DNA from: Saprospiraceae bacterium
GTDB taxonomy: Bacteria; Bacteroidota; Bacteroidia; Chitinophagales; Saprospiraceae
DNA: 64,000 nucleotides
Reading direction: 5' to 3'
NCBI GenBank assembly: GCA_045106765.1
Contig: JBGCFD010000046.1
Location: forward strand, 18,729 to 82,728
The translations under genes were made by a program, and so were the position numbers. Below, piece by piece: positions 58,982 to 64,000 of this stretch. Below the pieces are notes generated by a model. That model was not told the DNA's origin and ran no database searches. It saw only the letters and a program-made list of their open reading frames with translations. How positions within the stretch are numbered: the first letter of the stretch is position 1; each line of letters starts with the position of its first letter.

Positions 58982-59072
58982 TTTTTTGATCACATAGGCA
59001 CATAGAGAACATAGGTTTTGGAGGGAAGTTCAACCACGACTATGTGTTCTATGTGCCCATGTGATCAAAAAA
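58982..59072. repeat. Palindromic intergenic element, family B, copy 2
   Basis: ttttttgatcacataggcacatagagaacatag / ctatgtgttctatgtgcccatgtgatcaaaaaa: imperfect arms and a 25-nt loop. Confidence 0.85.
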
Positions 59073-59116
59073 TCATTTTGTATATTTCAACTCTTTTAAG
59101 AAAAAATATTAAATCT

Positions 59117-60511
59117 ATGCCCACTAGAAATTACACCTACTATGATTTCACTTTGAGTCTTTGCCCTGAATGTTTGAGGCGAATAGATGCAAAAATCATT
59201 TTTGAAAATGAAAATGTGTACATGCTCAAACGATGCCACGATCATGGAACTTCCAAAGTTTTGATTGCCGATGATATCGAATATTATAAAAATATTAGAA
59301 ACTACAACAAGCCTTCCGAGCTTCCACATAAGTTCAATACGAAGACTCATTTCGGTTGTCCATACGATTGTGGTTTGTGTCCTGATCATGAACAACATTC
59401 TTGTTTGACTGTGGTCGAAGTGACTGATCGATGCAATTTATCTTGCCCAACTTGCTACGCAGGTTCGTCACCAACTTATGGAAGACATCGGACTTTGGAA
59501 GAAATAAAAAAGATGTTGGATACCGTAGTCGCCAATGAAAAAGAACCTGATGTTGTACAGATTAGCGGTGGCGAACCAACGATTCACCCTCAGTTTTTTG
59601 AAATTTTAGATTATGCCAAAACATTGCCTATCAAACATTTGATGCTCAATACAAATGGAATTAAGATTGCGATGGATTTCGAATTTACCAAAAGGCTAGC
59701 GACTTACATGCCTAATTTTGAAGTTTATTTGCAGTTCGATTCTTTTAAAAAAGAAGTGTTAGAAAAAATGCGAGGGGCAAACTTACTCAAGATACGAGAG
59801 CAAGCTTTAGCGAATTTGAATGAATTAAATTTGTCCACTACTCTAGTCGTCACTTTGCAAAAAGGTTTGAATGATGATGAAATTGGAAAAATAATTGAGT
59901 TCGCTCTTAAGCAAAAATGTGTGCGAGGCGTAACTTTGCAACCGACTCAAATTGCAGGACGTTTAGAGAATTTTAATAGTCAAACTGATCGAATCACTTT
60001 GACCGAGGTACGTAGAAAAATTTTGGAACAAACTCCGATTCTAAACTCCGATGACATTATTCCTGTGCCTTGTAATCCTGATTCTTTGGCTATGGGCTAC
60101 ATTTTAAAACTGGGCGGCGAAGTATTTCCGTTGACTCGATATGTGAATCCAGCAGACCTTTTGGACAGCAGCAAAAATACCATCGTCTATGAACAAGATG
60201 AACATTTGCATGGCAAGATGTTGGAATTATTTAGCACAGGAAATTCGGTAGAAAAATCGAATGAACATCTTCATCAGATTTTATGCTGCTTACCACAAAT
60301 TGATGCGCCGAACTTGAGTTATGATAATTTGTTTCGAGTGATTATTATGCAATTTATTGATGCGTATAATTTTGATGTTCGATCGATCAAAAAATCATGC
60401 GTTCATATTGTAGACAAAGACAATCAAATTATCCCATTCGAAACGATGAATTTATTTTATCGAGATGATAAAAAAGAAACGTTAGAAAAACTTAGAAATG
60501 AAATTGCTTAA
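59117..60511 (+). CDS. Radical SAM enzyme of the COG1964 type (architecture like MJ0619 / tetraether lipid synthase)
   Basis: N-terminal zinc-ribbon/rubredoxin-like CPEC...CHDHG, auxiliary cluster motif GCPYDCGLCPDHEQHSC, and radical SAM motif CNLSCPTC. The start is set at MPTRNY because the longer ORF runs through palindrome B2. Confidence 0.8.
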   Translation: MPTRNYTYYDFTLSLCPECLRRIDAKIIFENENVYMLKRCHDHGTSKVLIADDIEYYKNIRNYNKPSELPHKFNTKTHFGCPYDCGLCPDHEQHSCLTVVEVTDRCNLSCPTCYAGSSPTYGRHRTLEEIKKMLDTVVANEKEPDVVQISGGEPTIHPQFFEILDYAKTLPIKHLMLNTNGIKIAMDFEFTKRLATYMPNFEVYLQFDSFKKEVLEKMRGANLLKIREQALANLNELNLSTTLVVTLQKGLNDDEIGKIIEFALKQKCVRGVTLQPTQIAGRLENFNSQTDRITLTEVRRKILEQTPILNSDDIIPVPCNPDSLAMGYILKLGGEVFPLTRYVNPADLLDSSKNTIVYEQDEHLHGKMLELFSTGNSVEKSNEHLHQILCCLPQIDAPNLSYDNLFRVIIMQFIDAYNFDVRSIKKSCVHIVDKDNQIIPFETMNLFYRDDKKETLEKLRNEIA

Positions 60512-60530
60512 TCCTTAAAAATTTAAATCG

Positions 60531-60731
60531 ATGAATTTTCTATTAATGAGTGGTGGTGATCTTGATTTTATACTTTACCTTTTAGCTATATTTTGGAGTA
60601 TTCCAATTATTATTTTAGTTGTTGGATTAACTCGATTAAAAAGTCGTCCTAAAAATGCTAAAACATTAATTATTATTGCAGGAGTTTGGCTGGTGGTAGG
60701 CGGTGGAATTTGTGGGTCAATGCTTTATTAA
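60531..60731 (+). CDS. Two-TM mini membrane protein with a CGSM C-terminal tail, paralog 1
   Basis: 66 aa: ...W.IPI..L..G...LK..PK..KTLIIIAG.WL..G.G.CGSMLY. Confidence 0.55.
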   Translation: MNFLLMSGGDLDFILYLLAIFWSIPIIILVVGLTRLKSRPKNAKTLIIIAGVWLVVGGGICGSMLY

Positions 60732-60750
60732 TTGTAAAAAAATTATCAAA

Positions 60751-60948
60751 ATGATTTTACTTGAATTTAATGGACAAGGATTAGAGATACTTATATTCAT
60801 TATTGCGATGTTATGGATAATTCCAATTGTGATGCTCATCTTTGGAATTGCTCAATTAAAAAAGCATCCTAAACGTGGTAAAACCTTAATCATTATTGCA
60901 GGAATTTGGTTGATTATTGGAATAGGATTTTGTGGTTCCATGTCGTAA
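60751..60948 (+). CDS. Two-TM mini membrane protein with a CGSM C-terminal tail, paralog 2
   Basis: 65 aa from MILLEFNG..., collinear with paralog 1 and ending ...GFCGSMS. Confidence 0.55.
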   Translation: MILLEFNGQGLEILIFIIAMLWIIPIVMLIFGIAQLKKHPKRGKTLIIIAGIWLIIGIGFCGSMS

Positions 60949-60958
60949 AAGAATACTT

Positions 60959-62866
60959 ATGAAAATAATAACTAATTTTCTTTTTCTAATTATTTTCTCA
61001 TCAAACTTATTTGCACAACAAGAATTTTTGACGCTAAATTATGATTCAGATAAAAGCAAGATTACAGCTAGACATCTTTCCCAACTCGAATCATTTTTCA
61101 AAAAACTCTCTTCTAAAAAAATTGAAAAAATAAATATTGTTGGACATACTGACACAACTGCCAACATATATTACAATCAAAATCTTTCTAGAAAACGAGC
61201 GACCAAAGTTCAATCATTTTTCCTCTCCAAAGGAATTCCACCTAACCAAATTCAAATTTCATGGCAAGGAGAATCTCAATCTATTTCGCCAAAAAATCTT
61301 CGAGAAGATCGAAGAGTAGTCATTGAAGTTTTTTTTCCCATAAAAAAAATTGAAATAGTCGAAGCAATTATTGAAGTGGACAAACCGATTTTGACTACTC
61401 CAGTTTCAGATCTTTTTAAGAAAACAAGTATTCCAATTCAAGAGTTTTGCATCAATCCAAAAAAAGATACTACCATACAATGTGCTCAAGGAACAATTAT
61501 AAATATCCAAGCCAACTCATTTGCATTAAATTCTATTCAGAGTCGAAATAAGAATTGCGTTCGATTTCAAGTCAAGGAAGTTTTTTTATTTTCTGATATG
61601 ATTTTAGAAAATTTGACTACGACTTCTGACGGTCAAATTTTAGAAACGCAAGGAATGATTTATACCAATGCCATTTTAGAAAATGACACCTTATCTCTAA
61701 AAAAAGATATTGATATTTTTGTTCCAATTGATGACCCAAAATTGGATGCAAAAATATTTGATGGAACAAGAAATCCTCATTCTGATGTGATAAATTGGAC
61801 GGTTAATAACAATAGTGTTTTACGAAACTTTGATGTCTTCGAATTAGATAACTGCTTGAAATACAATGCATTATGGCAAAAATGCAATAACAAACATGAT
61901 TACATTTCCATTCAACCTGATCTAACTGGGAGGTGTCTTCGAAGGATAATCCTCTGTGGTGGGGTAAAAAAATGTCACCGATGCAAAATTATTTTTTGTC
62001 GATTTCCAAAAAGAATTCTTAAACCTTTTCATGGAATGTTTAGCAGAGAAGTTAGATCAGGCAATAAGCATTTTAGACAATGTCAAAGAATGCTGCGAAG
62101 ACAAGAACGATATGCTAGAAAACGTGATCATAAAAACTTAAGGAAACTATGTGCCTCGCTCAGAGATATGGTCCGACAAGATGTCTTAGAAGGAGTAAGT
62201 GAGCCGAACAAAAATGAAAAAGAATTACTTGAATTGACTGACTTGATAGAACGCTCAGATAGTTTAATTCGAAATGGATTGGTCAATACAAATCTTATTT
62301 CTAGATGCAACGAGTTGGATAAATTATTTAAAGAATACGAAGTCGAAAATGTAGAAGATTTATTAATGGCGATCAATCAACCTCTTTTGGATGAGTTTAA
62401 TGTTACCACTATGGAGCAATTGTTAGATACTTTGCCGAAAGTTAATTTTGAAAACCTGGAAGTGGCGTATCGAAACGAAACTATTTCATTTGAAGATTAT
62501 AAATTTTATGTTTTTAATATTTCTAGTTTGGGTTGGAAAAATATTGATATTTTTCACGGTGTAAAAGATATAAATAAAACCAAACTAACGGTCAATCTTT
62601 TGCCTTCTCGTGAAGTTGATTGTAAACTAGTTTTTAAAAAACAATCTTATGTTCTTCCTGCAAAATTAGCCGACGACCATTTTTATTTTGATGGAATTCC
62701 AAAAAACGAAGAAGCTTGGATTGTTGCGATCAAATATGAAAACGGGCAACCAATATTGGCGATGAAGGAAATTGTTGTCAAGAAAAAATCTTTTGATTTG
62801 GAATTTGAAAAATTGACTTTGGAAGAGTTGAAAGTACGATTAAAAGTTTTAGATTTTAAAGAATAA
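60959..62866 (+). CDS. Secreted protein with an N-terminal OmpA_C-like domain and a Cys/Arg-rich central segment
   Basis: Start at MKIITNFLF (signal peptide). OmpA-like motif VGHTDTTANIYYNQNLSRKRA...DRRVVIEV. The central segment reads CLRRIILCGGVKKCHRCKIIFCRF...RQCQRMLRRQERYARKR. Confidence 0.7.
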   Translation: MKIITNFLFLIIFSSNLFAQQEFLTLNYDSDKSKITARHLSQLESFFKKLSSKKIEKINIVGHTDTTANIYYNQNLSRKRATKVQSFFLSKGIPPNQIQISWQGESQSISPKNLREDRRVVIEVFFPIKKIEIVEAIIEVDKPILTTPVSDLFKKTSIPIQEFCINPKKDTTIQCAQGTIINIQANSFALNSIQSRNKNCVRFQVKEVFLFSDMILENLTTTSDGQILETQGMIYTNAILENDTLSLKKDIDIFVPIDDPKLDAKIFDGTRNPHSDVINWTVNNNSVLRNFDVFELDNCLKYNALWQKCNNKHDYISIQPDLTGRCLRRIILCGGVKKCHRCKIIFCRFPKRILKPFHGMFSREVRSGNKHFRQCQRMLRRQERYARKRDHKNLRKLCASLRDMVRQDVLEGVSEPNKNEKELLELTDLIERSDSLIRNGLVNTNLISRCNELDKLFKEYEVENVEDLLMAINQPLLDEFNVTTMEQLLDTLPKVNFENLEVAYRNETISFEDYKFYVFNISSLGWKNIDIFHGVKDINKTKLTVNLLPSREVDCKLVFKKQSYVLPAKLADDHFYFDGIPKNEEAWIVAIKYENGQPILAMKEIVVKKKSFDLEFEKLTLEELKVRLKVLDFKE

Positions 62867-62997
62867 AATATAGATTCACTTTTTCAAAAACTTAATTTTA
62901 GTTATTAGACTTTATTCGTTTGACGTTTTACGATCGCTCATACAATTCTATTTAGAATAAACTCTATTGAAGTTGTTTTAAAAATATTTATTTCAAT

Positions 62998-63567
62998 ATG
63001 AAAGCTACCCTACTCTTTTTATTTTTTACAATAATATTTAGTTGCTCCAATTCATCAACAGCTGACTCCAAAGAAAAAAATCATCGTGTCGATGGAGTCG
63101 TTCTTCCCTTGCCTACCGAATTTAAAAGTGTAGTCGGAGAAAGAATATTGGAAGGCGTTCCTCCTTTAAGAAATACGATTACAATTAAAGAGTCTGACTC
63201 AAGAACTTATATTTTAAATGAAAAAGATGGTGAACTAATCGCGATAGTTCAATTAGAAGCATTGAAACATCGAGTGGAAATTGAAGGAGAAAACTATCAC
63301 GATCTTATCAGTAATATTGAGTACATCAATCGAAGTTATTCTGCTAAAGGCATGAATACTACCATCATCGAAAAAGATGTGGAAAGCAAAATTGATCCAA
63401 AGTATTTTAAAGTAAAAAATTTAATTACCACTCCAGATCAAGACACTTTTACGATGACTCAATATTATATCACTAATAATTTTAGGTCAGCAAGTGTAGT
63501 CGTTTGGAATATGGAACAAAATGCAAATGACTTGGAAGAGTATGTAAGAAGGATGCTTTTATTTTGA
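62998..63567 (+). CDS. Putative lipoprotein of unknown function
   Basis: Signal peptide ending IFSC. Confidence 0.55.
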   Translation: MKATLLFLFFTIIFSCSNSSTADSKEKNHRVDGVVLPLPTEFKSVVGERILEGVPPLRNTITIKESDSRTYILNEKDGELIAIVQLEALKHRVEIEGENYHDLISNIEYINRSYSAKGMNTTIIEKDVESKIDPKYFKVKNLITTPDQDTFTMTQYYITNNFRSASVVVWNMEQNANDLEEYVRRMLLF

Positions 63568-63732
63568 AAAAATCAAAATAGCTTAAACTTATTTATGGGT
63601 CAAATCTTCAGTATTTATAACAACTTAGAACATGTTTAAAATAGTAAGCTATCTACATAAACATAATCTTTTAAATAAAAAATACTCATCCTAAGTAGTG
63701 TCTGGTAGAGAAAAAAAGTGGTTCAAAATAAT

Positions 63733-64000
63733 TTACTTCTCCGCCACAATCACACTATACCACCAAATTCCTTTTTGAAAAGCATCATATTGTCTCATCG
63801 ACCCGACAAGATTTCCATGCTGGACTGCTGATCGTATTTTGAAAAGTTTTAACACCCATTCAATCGGGTAAGAGCGCTTACATTTTTCATGTAAATTTCG
63901 CAGCGAGACTCCAACTTGCTCATTAAAATTTTCGATTTCAATACTTTTAAATCCTACTGATTTCATATGATGGAGATGTTCTTCCTCTGTATCAATATCT
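63733..64000 (-). CDS. C-terminal part of a protein whose 5-prime end lies outside the window. A SAM-dependent methyltransferase C-terminus is only a guess.
   Basis: The frame is open from the window edge (...DIDTEEEHLHHMKSVGFKSIEIENF...) to TAA at 63733-63735. Confidence 0.5.
   Translation of the reverse strand, partial: DIDTEEEHLHHMKSVGFKSIEIENFNEQVGVSLRNLHEKCKRSYPIEWVLKLFKIRSAVQHGNLVGSMRQYDAFQKGIWWYSVIVAEK

Noticed and set aside
59018-59116. A 33-codon N-terminal extension of the radical SAM ORF
   Set aside because: The extension is a translation of the family B palindrome. The family-typical zinc-ribbon begins right after the Met at 59117.
28164-60511. The radical SAM enzyme at 59117-60511 as the maturase of the GG-leader peptides
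   Set aside because: The genes are about 30 kb apart with many unrelated genes between them. The enzyme has the COG1964 architecture rather than a SPASM or RiPP-recognition layout, and the peptide cores lack Cys.
1-64000. Search for tRNA, rRNA, CRISPR, transposase, integrase or prophage genes
   Set aside because: I saw no T-loop-like GGTTCGAATCC signatures, no rRNA-like stretches, no spaced repeat arrays and no recombinase-like ORFs. This was an inspection by eye only and should be confirmed with tRNAscan-SE, Infernal and ISfinder.

Overview
This 64-kb chromosomal window looks like a low-GC Bacteroidota genome (Flavobacteriia/Cytophagia-like). Supporting signs are several type IX secretion (T9SS) cargo proteins with type A or type B C-terminal sorting domains, a PorP/SprF gene, a BshB1-type deacetylase, and A/T-rich spacers with long, near-perfect hairpin terminators. 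Housekeeping genes are interspersed with accessory blocks: DEAD-box helicase, lepA, HtrA protease, acyl-CoA carboxylase beta, THUMP RNA methyltransferase, glutathione peroxidase, fabH and recQ. I recognised no rRNA, tRNA, CRISPR array, transposase or integrase. Seven observations stand out. (1) Two small ORFs (below the ORF-track cutoff) encode double-glycine-leader peptides with a near-identical leader and unrelated Gly/Pro/acidic cores. They lie in a ~0.6-kb tandem duplication that also copied, and then decayed, the 3-prime end of bshB1. They sit directly upstream of an orphan sensor kinase with a predicted periplasmic TPR domain. (2) A divergent Lgt-family paralog is followed by a COG1964 (MJ0619/Tes-like architecture) radical SAM enzyme, then two tandem mini membrane proteins ending in a conserved CGSM tail, then an unusual OmpA-like protein. 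(3) Three tandem GT-C-like polytopic glycosyltransferase paralogs each carry a C-terminal CBM-like domain, and two of them need TTG starts. (4) Two families of long palindromic intergenic elements each occur twice and show compensatory arm changes. (5) A convergent type II restriction-modification pair has an HTH-fused C5 methyltransferase. (6) A 1761-aa T9SS type B adhesin with cohesin-like modules lies next to PorP/SprF and two cargo paralogs with dockerin-like and cohesin-like modules. (7) Several intergenic RNA-structure candidates have mutually exclusive pairings. All functional calls come from motif reading by eye; no database search was possible.
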